A DNA stretch of 64,000 nt from IMG/VR virus record IMGVR_UViG_2886339191_000001, one strand, 5' to 3'. A program made the position numbers and the translations under genes. This DNA comes from an uncultured virus (IMG/VR IMGVR_UViG_2886339191_000001) (lineage: Duplodnaviria; Heunggongvirae; Uroviricota; Caudoviricetes). How positions within the stretch are numbered: position 1 is the first letter of the stretch; each line of letters opens with the position of its first letter. The notes under the pieces are model-generated. The model ran no database searches and was not told the DNA's origin. It worked only from the letters and a program-made list of their open reading frames with translations. Below are positions 1 through 9,317 of the stretch, piece after piece.

Positions 1-255
1 ATGCTCTTCATATTCATACTCATCATCCTGGTCCTTGGCTTCTTCGGCTTCGTCATCATGTCCCTCATCTTCATGAAAGAGCCGAGCAAGAAGTACGTGG
101 CCCGTTTCGCTGCCAAGGAGGCGGCAGCCCTCGAGTTGAATCGAGCGCAGTATCGGGCCGCCAACCCACCCCCCACCGAGGAGCAGCTCATCGAGCAGGC
201 TGCGATGGCTCTGCGGATCCAGCGGGCGGCTGAGCAGCGCCTAGCGGCCGAATAG
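1..255 (+). CDS. Small membrane-anchored hypothetical protein, opposite strand to the structural operon
   Basis: 84 aa with a strongly hydrophobic N-terminal ~25 aa; converges on 241..675; upstream context lies outside the window. Confidence 0.6.
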   Translation: MLFIFILIILVLGFFGFVIMSLIFMKEPSKKYVARFAAKEAAALELNRAQYRAANPPPTEEQLIEQAAMALRIQRAAEQRLAAE

Positions 256-675
256 GTCGGATAGATCCAGGGTTGGCTCATGCGAGCGCAGGCGCGTGTT
301 CACGATCGCGTAGAGGGCCTCGTCGCGCGCGGCGCGTGCATCTTCTGCGTCAGCCTGCTTCGCGTAGCTCTCTGCGACCTGCAGGAGGTCGCGGCCCTTG
401 CCCAGCGTGTTGATCGTGAAGCCATCGGCACCGATCGACTGGCCAGCGATCGTGAGAGACAGTGCAAGCTGCTTGATGAGCACTGAGCAGGCGCGGGTGA
501 CGTTGCCGTTGGCCAGTTGGAGTGAGATGGAGATGGCCACATCGGCGAAGTATTTGTAGTCACCTTGACCGACAACGATCGGGCTCAGCGGAACCGAGCT
601 GTCGTCCCCGAGGAGGAGACGAACTTGAGCGATTGGGGATGTCGCTTCGAGGGGGGTCACGCCAGGATTCGCCAT
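241..675 (-). CDS. Head-to-tail adaptor/connector protein
   Basis: 144 aa with a 'QVRLLLGD...YFADVAI' pattern typical of actinophage adaptors; directly downstream of the capsid gene. Confidence 0.7.
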   Translation of the reverse strand: MANPGVTPLEATSPIAQVRLLLGDDSSVPLSPIVVGQGDYKYFADVAISISLQLANGNVTRACSVLIKQLALSLTIAGQSIGADGFTINTLGKGRDLLQVAESYAKQADAEDARAARDEALYAIVNTRLRSHEPTLDLSDLFGR

Positions 676-681
676 GGCATC

Positions 682-713
682 AGTCTAAGGGCCTTCCCAG
701 CAAACGCCCAGAA
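682..713 (-). promoter_or_regulatory. Late promoter motif, leaderless (TTCTG-N8-CTG-N10-TAGACT-N6-ATG)
   Basis: Same spacing as copies at 3415-3446, 5030-5061, 7423-7454 and 63577-63608. Confidence 0.75.
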
Positions 714-721
714 ATAAGTCA

Positions 722-752
722 GGCTCCCGGCGGTGTTGTCACGCCGGGAGCC
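722..752 (-). terminator. GC-rich hairpin, probable terminator
   Basis: GGCTCCCGGCG (722-732) / CGCCGGGAGCC (742-752), 11-bp inverted repeat. Confidence 0.55.
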
Positions 753-829
753 CGCTGTACGAGGAAGGAGGGGCCTGCGTACCCTCCCAGGATACTCACA
801 GAATCTTAGATTAGCCAGCTAACGCGAGA

Positions 830-856
830 AGGCCCCGGCAAATAGCGCCGGGGCCT
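830..856 (-). terminator. Terminator after the major capsid gene
   Basis: AGGCCCCGGC (830-839) / GCCGGGGCCT (847-856) just past the capsid stop. Confidence 0.7.
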
Positions 857-874
857 CTCATTGTGCGTTGCTGG

Positions 875-2071
875 CTACAGCGGGCGGGTGATCGCTCCGC
901 CAGTTCCGTTCGAGTGAACGATGTGCAGCTCGGCCCAGAGGACCGCGCCGTCGATGTTCCGCAGGCGGTACGCCAGCGAGTCGGACTCGAACGAGCCCTC
1001 GAAGGGGCTGATCGAGCCGGCGCCGACGTAGGAGCCCTGGAGGTTCTGCACGCGCAGCTCCGGGGTCTCGTATCCGCGCAGCTTGAGGAACTCGATGACC
1101 GGGCGACGGGTGGAGCCCGGCTTCGGAACGAGCGACCAGGTGTTGTCCAGAATGCGCTCGGACTCAACGAGGGTCACGTTTCCGAGGACCGTGTTGTAAC
1201 GGCCACCATCTTCGACGTAGCCACCGCTGGTGACGTGCAGCACCTGGCGGTTCATCTGGAAGTCCCAGAAGCGACGAGTCCCGATCGGCACGAACAGGTT
1301 GTAGCCTGACGCCTCGCCGATGCGGTTGCCCTTGATCTTGCGACGCGAGCGCTGGAAGATCGCTTCCTCGATGGCCTCGGGCGACAGCTTCGCGTTGGCC
1401 GGGATGGTGGTCCCGTCCGGCGAGGTTCCGGCGCTGAGTGCGCTAACGGCGGTAGCCGACAGGAGAGCGTCGAAGAACTCGGCGATCTTTCCATCGGTCG
1501 ACACGCTGAGCAGCTCGCCCGGCAGGGCCTCGAAGAAACCAACGGTGTCGTTGATCTGCGCTTCCCAGGTCCAGTCGAACCGGAGACCGCGCTTGCGGAG
1601 CTTCTGGTAGAAGCTCTCGATCCCGCCGGTCATGGAGACCATCGGGAAGAGTCCGCCCTCGGGGATGACCAGCGGCTCGCCGTGCTTGCCGAGGCCAGCA
1701 CCGCGCATGTTCGACTCGTTGTACTCGAGGTCGGGATCGGTGGCGTCGCCTTCGCCCCAGTAGAGCGAGTACAGCGCGACGGGACGGAAGTCCTTGACCG
1801 TGCGAACGCCCGCCCAGTCTCCGAGGGAGTGGACCGCCTTGTCGTACTGCGGCACGAACTCGATGTTGATGGCGTGCGTGAGGTTCACGCTCGCGTCGGT
1901 CGAGCTAACGGCCTCGCGGAGCGTTCCGTCGGCAACGTAGTCGCCGGCCATCGCGCTGCGGAAGAGCTTCTGCGCTTCCTTGACCTTGCTCTTCGACACG
2001 CCGGGCTGCGGGTGCAGACGACGGTCAAGGGTGAACTGGTCGCGGTACTCCCGCGCCTTGAACTCGGCCAT
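875..2071 (-). CDS. Major capsid protein
   Basis: 398 aa with strong codon bias; follows protease/scaffold and decoration genes; C-terminal 'LRGYETPELR...SFESDSLAYRLR' resembles actinophage capsids. Confidence 0.8.
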   Translation of the reverse strand: MAEFKAREYRDQFTLDRRLHPQPGVSKSKVKEAQKLFRSAMAGDYVADGTLREAVSSTDASVNLTHAINIEFVPQYDKAVHSLGDWAGVRTVKDFRPVALYSLYWGEGDATDPDLEYNESNMRGAGLGKHGEPLVIPEGGLFPMVSMTGGIESFYQKLRKRGLRFDWTWEAQINDTVGFFEALPGELLSVSTDGKIAEFFDALLSATAVSALSAGTSPDGTTIPANAKLSPEAIEEAIFQRSRRKIKGNRIGEASGYNLFVPIGTRRFWDFQMNRQVLHVTSGGYVEDGGRYNTVLGNVTLVESERILDNTWSLVPKPGSTRRPVIEFLKLRGYETPELRVQNLQGSYVGAGSISPFEGSFESDSLAYRLRNIDGAVLWAELHIVHSNGTGGAITRPL

Positions 2072-2487
2072 TATGCGGTCACTCCGATCTTGATGGGGCG
2101 AACGGTCCCGCGAACGAGGTATCCGCTCGGCTCGTTGACGACACCGAAGTAGGTGTTGCCGGTAGCGGTGATGCTGAGAGTGCCATCGGCCGCGACGAAG
2201 TACACCGGTACTCCGGGGACGGTTCCGGCGACAGCACCAGTGATGGGGAACTCGAAGGTTCCGGTCGTGTAGACCGAAGACTCGAGTGCGCCCTGGCCGT
2301 TGTCACCCTGCGGGAGGCCCGAGATGGTGATGCCGGCGACAGTGATCGAAGTCTTCTGTCCGGGCGTTCCGCTCAGGGTCACGCCGGGGCGAGTTCCCTG
2401 CATGACGGCGACGCGAGGAAGCGTCGGGACGGCGAGCGTCCATACCTCACGGGTGGATTCGATGTCTGCGAAGACTTGTGCGCCCAT
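2071..2487 (-). CDS. Capsid decoration/cement protein
   Basis: Small Gly/Thr/Val-rich protein between scaffold and capsid; likely start MGAQ at 2487 overlaps the upstream TAA (TAATG). Confidence 0.65.
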   Translation of the reverse strand: MGAQVFADIESTREVWTLAVPTLPRVAVMQGTRPGVTLSGTPGQKTSITVAGITISGLPQGDNGQGALESSVYTTGTFEFPITGAVAGTVPGVPVYFVAADGTLSITATGNTYFGVVNEPSGYLVRGTVRPIKIGVTA

Positions 2488-3407
2488 TAGTTCCACTCCA
2501 TTCCGAGTGCGTAGCTTTCGTTGTCCGAACCGGACTCAACGCGGCGTCCGCCGGTGTTGGTCGACTCGGTGAGAGACGTGATGGCTTCTGCCTTGATCTT
2601 CTTGGCGTCTTCGAGCGCAGCGGTGATGTCATCGCCCTTCGCAGCGGCGGCCAGGAGGGCCGTTTCCTGCGTGGGGAAGACATCGGCCTTGCTGACCAGA
2701 TCGGAGGCTGCCGCGTATGCCGCGATCGCTTCCGTGATGGTCGGCTCTGCCTCAGTGCCGGCGGCCTTGGCGGCCTCGGCAGCTTCGGCAGCTAGCTTCT
2801 GCTCAGAGACGAACGCGAGGACCGGGGCGAGAGCTTCGGCTACTGACTTGTCGACCAGTGCCTTCATTTCCTCGGGGGTCATGCTTTCCTCTTTTCTTTC
2901 GTCTGCCAAGGCGGCAGTACGGGCTGATTCGAGGAGCGACATTGCTCTCTCGGAAACTTTGTCGCCGAGGCTGGAGCCTTCAAGGCCGCCGTAGCCCACC
3001 ATGTCGACGCCATTGGTGCGGTGGGCGATCAGCTCGGTGATGTTGCCCTCCTTGTCGGCCTTGCCGAGCGCGAAGATCGACAGGGCAACGTGCGGGGCAA
3101 CCTCTTCAACGAAGTCGGCGTAGCGGGGGAGCGGCAGAAGCTCGGAGACGAGGGCACCATTCGGGCCTTCGTTCGGGTCCCAGCTAGCCCCGTCAGGGTA
3201 GGTGCCAAGGAGGTCCCGCGGGTCGCGGTTCTCGTCATGGTTAATGTAGGCCTTCATGCCGGCCGGGAAGGCGACGGGGCCGTAGTTCTCGAGGACCTGG
3301 GCGCTGTACTTGCCGCTGGAGCCCTGGCCGGGGACGGCGAGGATTGCGCGCCAACGGCCGGTCGCCGTCTTGGTTGCGGGCTGCGCTGCTTCGATAAGTA
3401 CCTTCAC
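2487..3407 (-). CDS. Capsid maturation protease / scaffolding protein fusion
   Basis: N-terminal protease-like domain ('PGQGSSGKYS...AYINHD...RDPRDLLG') plus Ala/Glu-rich helical C-terminus; between portal and capsid. Confidence 0.7.
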   Translation of the reverse strand: MKVLIEAAQPATKTATGRWRAILAVPGQGSSGKYSAQVLENYGPVAFPAGMKAYINHDENRDPRDLLGTYPDGASWDPNEGPNGALVSELLPLPRYADFVEEVAPHVALSIFALGKADKEGNITELIAHRTNGVDMVGYGGLEGSSLGDKVSERAMSLLESARTAALADERKEESMTPEEMKALVDKSVAEALAPVLAFVSEQKLAAEAAEAAKAAGTEAEPTITEAIAAYAAASDLVSKADVFPTQETALLAAAAKGDDITAALEDAKKIKAEAITSLTESTNTGGRRVESGSDNESYALGMEWN

Positions 3408-3414
3408 GCAGCCA

Positions 3415-3446
3415 ATCCTATGCGAACTCCCAGGAAACGTCCAGAA
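3415..3446 (-). promoter_or_regulatory. Late promoter motif, leaderless (TTCTG-N8-CTG-N10-TAGGAT-N7-GTG)
   Basis: Conserved spacing with the other copies. Confidence 0.75.
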
Positions 3447-3459
3447 AGCAAAAAGCCAG

Positions 3460-5022
3460 CTATTTTGAGATGCCCTTCTTACGGACGTCGTTTCCGTTTA
3501 CGCCACTTCCGCCTGCCGGATTGTTCTTGCCCTGGTCGGGAGCTGCAGTGGATTTGTTGAGGCCCTGGTCGGCTGGGGCTCCTGGAGCACCGGGCATGAC
3601 GGTCGGGGGCGGAGGCGCATTGGCTGCCTTGATCTTCGACTGCGCCTTGAGGGAGGTGAGAGTGTTCGGCTGGATCCAGTCGATGGGCACTGCGTTGCCC
3701 GTGATTTCCAGCAGCTCTGAGATGCGCTCCTCGATGGGGCCGGGCAGGTAGAGGCCGCTGTCGAGCGCGAGGATCAGCGCCTGCAGCTCGCGGTATTCTT
3801 CGCTGGCGTCCGAGAGAGAAGAGAAGAAGACGTCATTGGCATCAAGCTCGGCGCCCATCCAGGTCAGGACGCGGCGGTCGAACTCAACGTGGCGGCTGCG
3901 GCGGCTCTCCATGGCGAGTCGGGTGGGGAGGTCGAGGGTGGCGGCTGAGCCGTATCCGCCAGAGCCGGATGCGCCGGGGTTCGAGGAGATGGAGACGACG
4001 GATACCTCGAGTGCCGAGGCGACGATCGCCAGGAGGGCGTGTCCCGAGTCGAAGTCGTAGCCCTTGCCGGCAGTGGGCAGCGGGGTGAGCGCGTTGGCGC
4101 CGATCAAGGTTGCGCCAGCGTCGGATGGCGTGGCGATCCGGGCGGCGGCGTTGTCGGTTTCCTTCTTGGAGCCGGTAGCGATCTGGAAGGCGAACTGCGC
4201 CATCGCGTCCGACATGACCTTGCCGTTCATCACGAAGTCGCGGTAAATCTTGGCCCAGGCGTATGCGGTCAGGCCATCGGGAGCACCGAAGGCCCAGCCG
4301 ACCTGCGTGTTGACGTGCTGGTCGAAGATAACCTTTTTCGTCGGGGCGATTTCATCATGCTCGACCTTGATTTTGAATCCTGGCTTGTTGCGGCGCTTGT
4401 CGGCCAGGTCGGTATAGATCCACTCCTTGACGGATTCGCCCTCTCGCTTCCTCGAGTAGTCGGTGTAGTCGATCCGGTAGGCGATGATTTCGTCTGCTCG
4501 CAGCGGGTTGAATGCGATCGAGCCAACCTGCTCGATGAAGGTGGGCTCGAGGGAGTGGTCGGACGGGTCGCCGATGACGAGGTATATCGAGTCGGTGAAC
4601 AGCGCGCTCTCACGCTCGTCGTGGGCCTGCGGTCCGAAGAAGTTGCGCTGGTTCAACAGGTCGGCGACGTATTTCTTGGTCTGCTTCGTATAGCCACTAC
4701 CGCTCGGCAGCGCGTTGTCGCTGTAGTGGATATTGCCACTCCAGATGTTGTTAGTTCGCAGCCGCATGCCTCGCTGCATGTGGACGTTGCCGAGGGACTC
4801 GCGGAGCTTCCGCGACCACTCCTTGAGTTCGTCGAGCGAGGGGCCAGTGTGCAGGTCTCCCATTCCGCCGATGACCTTGGCCCAGCCGATGTCTTCCCCA
4901 GCGAGCATCGCGTTCCAGGAGAGCTGCTCGCGCAAGCTCTGGTTGATCGTCTGCGACTGGTCGAGGACTGTTTCGAGGAGTCCGACACGTTCTTCGGAGA
5001 GTTTCAAGGTGTTTTCGGCCAT
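3460..5022 (-). CDS. Portal protein
   Basis: 520 aa directly after the large terminase; size and synteny fit. Confidence 0.8.
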   Translation of the reverse strand: MAENTLKLSEERVGLLETVLDQSQTINQSLREQLSWNAMLAGEDIGWAKVIGGMGDLHTGPSLDELKEWSRKLRESLGNVHMQRGMRLRTNNIWSGNIHYSDNALPSGSGYTKQTKKYVADLLNQRNFFGPQAHDERESALFTDSIYLVIGDPSDHSLEPTFIEQVGSIAFNPLRADEIIAYRIDYTDYSRKREGESVKEWIYTDLADKRRNKPGFKIKVEHDEIAPTKKVIFDQHVNTQVGWAFGAPDGLTAYAWAKIYRDFVMNGKVMSDAMAQFAFQIATGSKKETDNAAARIATPSDAGATLIGANALTPLPTAGKGYDFDSGHALLAIVASALEVSVVSISSNPGASGSGGYGSAATLDLPTRLAMESRRSRHVEFDRRVLTWMGAELDANDVFFSSLSDASEEYRELQALILALDSGLYLPGPIEERISELLEITGNAVPIDWIQPNTLTSLKAQSKIKAANAPPPPTVMPGAPGAPADQGLNKSTAAPDQGKNNPAGGSGVNGNDVRKKGISK

Positions 5023-5029
5023 GCAGCTT

Positions 5030-5061
5030 ACTTTAGGCTAGTTTTCAGCCCATTCACAGAA
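5030..5061 (-). promoter_or_regulatory. Late promoter motif, leaderless (TTCTG-N8-CTG-N10-TAAAGT-N7-ATG)
   Basis: Conserved spacing with the other copies. Confidence 0.75.
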
Positions 5062-5071
5062 ACTTGGCCAG

Positions 5072-6886
5072 CTACAACGGGCTGCCCACGCTGTTTCTCT
5101 TCTGGTTCAACAGTTCCCAGGGGTCACGGAAGTACGTGTCTCCCCTTTTTGCCTGGTTGATCGGGTCGTCGATGCCGGGAAGGAGCGCTGCGGCATAGCT
5201 GCAAGTGTCCGCCGCGTCAGGAGACTTGAACCCGCGCTTCTTCATCGACTCCTTCGACTCAATCAGGATGGCGCCGTGGGGTAGGGACTCCTCGTAGATG
5301 ATGTCGCCGAGCTGCTCGATCAGCAGGGCATCGTTCGGGTCGATGTCGATGGTGCCGTGTTCCATGCGCTCGCGCAGCTTGTCGTACTGGTGGGCGCGGT
5401 CGTTCTTCCAGACCATGACGTCAGGGCTTGAGCGGGATCCGAGCATCTCCACGATGATGTAGGGCCGCACGGCACCTTTCAAGTCGATCGAGAAGAGCGC
5501 GTCGACGAGGCCCTTACCAACACCGGATGCGTCAATGCGGACCTGGGTGACGCGCTGCTCGAGCGCGTGCTGATGGACAAGGGTTGCTTGCCCGACGGTC
5601 TTGACGATGTTGCCGTTGCCGTCGTTCTCCACGCGGTCGGAGAACGGCCGGCCGCGGAATGACTCGATGAACCGGATCCGCATGCCGTCGACGACCCCGA
5701 CATCCCCCAGCTCACTTGTGACGTGGCCGTCTTCGTGGGTGACCTCGACCCACTCGTACATGAGCCCGGACTCGGAGGTGTAGCAGAACGTGGAGTCGCC
5801 GGTCTCGGCGCGCGCGACGTCGACGGCGAGCACCCGACGGGAATCGTCTGCCACGAAGCATGTCGCGTCGCGTCCCTTGCCGAGGGCGAACTCGGTGAAG
5901 AGGTTGTTGCCCGAGTCGTAGGCGAACATCCCGAGGACACGCGAGCGGTAGCGCGGGGAGTCTTCGCCGTACTCCAGGCGTTTCTCCTCGACGTAGGTGG
6001 GGCCGGATAGCGCGCGGAGGGCGTCGGCCGACATTCCGAGCCCAAAGGGCAGCTTGTCGTGCTCGGCTTTCCGCTCACACCCTTCGACGCAGCGCCCGCC
6101 GCCGTGGAAGTTGGGGGAGTCCAGTACGGAAATAGCGTGCAAATCCCAGCTCGCGCCGTACTCTTCGCCAGTCTTGTCGTTGATCTTGCCGGAGAAGATC
6201 GCGCCGAGCCGGGAGGCTGGGTTCGTCGGGTTGGCGATGAGGAGTCGGCGTGAGGTGTCGTTGGAGGTGATGTTGGAGAGCGAATCGATCATGGCCTCGT
6301 TGAGGCCGACCGCCTCGTCCCCGATCGCCAGGACGTACTGCGCGTGGATTCCCTGGAAGGCGTCTTCCTTGTGGTCCGGGGGCTTGCGGCCCTGGGCGAC
6401 GAGCACGCCAAGCGAGGTCTTCCACTCGTCGTTACCGGTGATGTAGCCGGGCAGTGCATGGTCGGGCCAGCCCGTCGTGTCCTTGCCGTCCTTCTGCAGC
6501 CGTAGGTACTCCTTGTTGCGCTCGATGCTCTTGGCCATGAGCCCGCGGATTTCCCGCCAGAGAATCGCCTTGACCTGGGCGGCGGAGGGTGCGGTTGTGG
6601 CGACGAAGGAGCTGCCGAGGGGATGAATGTCAATCCACCATGCAACTAGCACTGCCGAGAGGAAGGACTTGCCGACACCATGGCCGGCGCGGACGGCGAT
6701 CGACTTCTTAGTGCCGCGGGCGATCGCGTAAGCAATCTCGCACTGCTTCCACCAGAGGTCGACACCGAGAATGTCCTTGGCCCAGAGCACCGGATCGGTG
6801 AGGTACTGGGCCTTGCGGGCGTCTGTCTCGAGGCCGTCGACAACTCGGGGGAGCAAAGAGGCGAGGTAGCCAGTGTTGGCGCTCAT
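5072..6886 (-). CDS. terL: Terminase large subunit
   Basis: Walker A 'AGHGVGKS', Walker B 'AIGDEA', 'IANP' coupling motif, nuclease 'AVDVAR' and 'SPDAAD'. Confidence 0.92.
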   Translation of the reverse strand: MSANTGYLASLLPRVVDGLETDARKAQYLTDPVLWAKDILGVDLWWKQCEIAYAIARGTKKSIAVRAGHGVGKSFLSAVLVAWWIDIHPLGSSFVATTAPSAAQVKAILWREIRGLMAKSIERNKEYLRLQKDGKDTTGWPDHALPGYITGNDEWKTSLGVLVAQGRKPPDHKEDAFQGIHAQYVLAIGDEAVGLNEAMIDSLSNITSNDTSRRLLIANPTNPASRLGAIFSGKINDKTGEEYGASWDLHAISVLDSPNFHGGGRCVEGCERKAEHDKLPFGLGMSADALRALSGPTYVEEKRLEYGEDSPRYRSRVLGMFAYDSGNNLFTEFALGKGRDATCFVADDSRRVLAVDVARAETGDSTFCYTSESGLMYEWVEVTHEDGHVTSELGDVGVVDGMRIRFIESFRGRPFSDRVENDGNGNIVKTVGQATLVHQHALEQRVTQVRIDASGVGKGLVDALFSIDLKGAVRPYIIVEMLGSRSSPDVMVWKNDRAHQYDKLRERMEHGTIDIDPNDALLIEQLGDIIYEESLPHGAILIESKESMKKRGFKSPDAADTCSYAAALLPGIDDPINQAKRGDTYFRDPWELLNQKRNSVGSPL

Positions 6887-7416
6887 CCCTGCTCGATTCG
6901 CCGTTCGATGGTGTCGACTGCGGCGGGCAGCGCCATGAGGAATACCTCGTGAAGCTCGGCACTGGGGACGGCGGGGTAGCGCCGGGCCAGCTCATCGGCT
7001 GCGGAGAACATGGTGGCCTGGATTGCGGCGAGCATGATGCGTGCCTGGCCGTCGAGGACGATGTTCGCAGCTTCCTCGGGGCTCATGCGGTGCTTGGCGA
7101 GGGCGTCCTGCTTCATCTTGAGCGCCTGGAGCGCGGCCTTGATGTGCTGCACGCTACCGGCAGCGACCCACTCACGCAGCGAGGCAAGGATGTCGTTGAT
7201 CGACTCCAGAATGAGCTGCTCCTGCTCGAAGAACGTCGCCCAATTGCGGGACTCAAGCAGGTCTCGCACGCGCTGTATCGTCTGCTCCGGGGGGATCGTG
7301 CCGCCAACGGCCGCTGACATCTCCTTGCCGCTGAGACCGTCTGAGGCGGCGCGCAGGAGCTTGCGGTCTATAGGCCCGTTGGCCAGCCCACGGCTATATT
7401 CCAGCTCTTTGCTCAC
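6883..7416 (-). CDS. Probable terminase small subunit
   Basis: 177 aa helical protein with HTH-like N-terminus; overlaps the terL start. Confidence 0.55.
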   Translation of the reverse strand: MSKELEYSRGLANGPIDRKLLRAASDGLSGKEMSAAVGGTIPPEQTIQRVRDLLESRNWATFFEQEQLILESINDILASLREWVAAGSVQHIKAALQALKMKQDALAKHRMSPEEAANIVLDGQARIMLAAIQATMFSAADELARRYPAVPSAELHEVFLMALPAAVDTIERRIEQG

Positions 7417-7422
7417 CGCGCC

Positions 7423-7454
7423 ATTCTAAGGCAACTCCCAGCGAACGCCCAGAA
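7423..7454 (-). promoter_or_regulatory. Late promoter motif, leaderless (TTCTG-N8-CTG-N10-TAGAAT-N6-GTG)
   Basis: Conserved spacing with the other copies. Confidence 0.75.
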
Positions 7455-7455
7455 A

Positions 7456-7483
7456 CCCCCGACAGGGCCAAGTCTGTCGGGGG
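7456..7483 (-). terminator. Terminator after the DGQHR gene
   Basis: CCCCCGACAG / CTGTCGGGGG 10-bp stem followed by TTTCT on the minus strand. Confidence 0.7.
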
Positions 7484-7490
7484 CTGGTCT

Positions 7491-8861
7491 CTACTTCGCC
7501 GCCTTGGCGCGTGTCAGCTCGGGGCGGAGGATCGCATCTGTCTGCTCATCAGTCAGTTCTTCGGGTTCGGGCTCGGGAGCTGGCTTCGGGCGAGCCTTCG
7601 GCTTGGCGTCGAGGAACTTCGGCCCATCAATTGCCCAGCTCACGAAGTGGTCAACGACCTGTACGGCGTCCTGCCGGCGCGAGGAGGGAGCAGACATGCC
7701 GGGCACGAAGCTCGGCATCCCAACCCGCTCCAGGAGCAGGCTATTCTCGTGGATCGGCACCTCCAGGTGCGGGGCAAGCTTGGCGAAGAAGTCCTCCACC
7801 ATCTGCGCTGAAAAGGCGTGCTCTACTGTCAGGTTGTGATAAGTCGCAGCTAGGATCCGCCAGAAGACTGGCGAGCCGAGCAGCGAGGTCTCGCGGAGCT
7901 GGTCCGGGGTGATCTGCCCGTTCAGGATCGCAGCTAGTGGCGGGAAGGAGCGCACGAGCAGGTCGAAGAACTCCTCAGAGTTCACCTCGACGTCGCGGTC
8001 GCTCATCTGCGACTCGACCCGCTTACCGATCCGGCCCTCATAACCCACACTGAGCGCGCGCACGGTCTCGATAACGTGCTTGGCGGTGGTGACGTAGGGC
8101 GACTTCTTCGGCAGCCGGTCGGTTTCTTTCTCTGTGCGGTTGGTGAGAAGCGGGTGGTTGAGTACGTTCTCGAGGGCGCGGTTGACGGCCTTGCGTGAGT
8201 CGAAGCGCGCACGGACGGAGGCGGTAATACCCTTCGCGTTCTCGGCAATGTCGTAGAACGCCTGGCGGTACTTTGCCGGGTCGCCCTCGACCATCACTTG
8301 CACGGGAATGTGTTCGCTGGTGAATCGCTTGGCCTGCAGTTCAAGCCCGGCCTTCTTCTTCTCGAAGTCGCGGAGTGCGTTGGTGTCCTGGTTTCGGCGT
8401 GCCGAAATGATCGACTCGCTGGTCTTGGCGATGTCCGCGTTGATCCCGTCCAGCGCCTCGTACATGCCAAGAATGCGGTGCTGGCCGTCCAGGATATGTA
8501 AGTCACTGGTGGCAGTGCGCTGGTAGCTGATGCTGCCGAATGCAATGCCAGCGTCCTCGGCGGTCGCGGATACGAACTCGAAGGGGCGCTCTCCGCGGAG
8601 GATGATGCCTGGCACGACCCACTCGGGTGCGCTACGCAAGTAGGCAGCAAAATCGGAGGCGTGCTTGGGTGTGATGCGCCGGTTTCCGACGGTCAGTACT
8701 GCGGGGTTCGGCCGCGGGACGAGCGCAAGGATCTGCAGCAGGGAGAGGTCGAGGAGATAGTTGGTCCGGCCGCCCTGGATGAAGCGGGTCCCGTAATAGA
8801 CATCAGTCGTGCTGTACCCGGTAGCGGCAGGCAGCGCGGATAAGTCAAGAGTCATGATCAT
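7491..8861 (-). CDS. DGQHR-domain (DndB / ParB-superfamily) protein
   Basis: 'NRRITPKHASDFAAYL' and 'LHILDGQHR' motifs; 456 aa. Confidence 0.8.
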   Translation of the reverse strand: MIMTLDLSALPAATGYSTTDVYYGTRFIQGGRTNYLLDLSLLQILALVPRPNPAVLTVGNRRITPKHASDFAAYLRSAPEWVVPGIILRGERPFEFVSATAEDAGIAFGSISYQRTATSDLHILDGQHRILGMYEALDGINADIAKTSESIISARRNQDTNALRDFEKKKAGLELQAKRFTSEHIPVQVMVEGDPAKYRQAFYDIAENAKGITASVRARFDSRKAVNRALENVLNHPLLTNRTEKETDRLPKKSPYVTTAKHVIETVRALSVGYEGRIGKRVESQMSDRDVEVNSEEFFDLLVRSFPPLAAILNGQITPDQLRETSLLGSPVFWRILAATYHNLTVEHAFSAQMVEDFFAKLAPHLEVPIHENSLLLERVGMPSFVPGMSAPSSRRQDAVQVVDHFVSWAIDGPKFLDAKPKARPKPAPEPEPEELTDEQTDAILRPELTRAKAAK

Positions 8862-8925
8862 TCCGATTTCTATAGGTCGATATATCCGTGTATTACAGTA
8901 TTGCGCCGTAAATCACAGTGTTACC

Positions 8926-8955
8926 ATCCTGTTACTAGCTGGCTAAGTTTGTCAA
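8926..8955 (-). promoter_or_regulatory. SigA-like promoter for the DGQHR gene, with the palindrome in its spacer
   Basis: TTGACA (8955-8950), 18-nt spacer containing TAGCCAGCTA, then CAGGAT. Confidence 0.55.
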
Positions 8956-9065
8956 GCCCTCACGTATATGGACAGGGGCAAGTCTGTGTAGAGTCTCAGG
9001 AAGAGCGCGGCCACATTCACCGGGCTTGGTATTGAAAGCTAAAACTAAAGAGGACGTCAACAGCC

Positions 9066-9311
9066 ATGCAGCAGAACACCACCGCCCCACTTCCCGCAAT
9101 TGGCGGAGATGACTTCATCGTCTACCCCGGGAGCAATGGAACGGTGTTCATCGAGCGCGTGAGGCCATCAGGGGTGCGTGATGGCAACTCGATCTTCCAG
9201 TTCGATGCCCGCCATCTCTTCACGATCATGTTCCCGCTGGTGTTTCAGCTCATGGTCACTGTCCACCGCGTCCCGATCGGCAAGCTCATGGCCATGTTGC
9301 ATCTCGGGTGA
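9066..9311 (+). CDS. Hypothetical protein (isolated plus-strand gene)
   Basis: 81 aa with AGAGGA upstream; followed by a bidirectional terminator. Confidence 0.55.
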   Translation: MQQNTTAPLPAIGGDDFIVYPGSNGTVFIERVRPSGVRDGNSIFQFDARHLFTIMFPLVFQLMVTVHRVPIGKLMAMLHLG

Positions 9312-9317
9312 TCGAGT

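Noticed and set aside
7491..8861. Complete Dnd phosphorothioation system
   Set aside because: No dndA/C/D/E or dndFGH-like genes in the window
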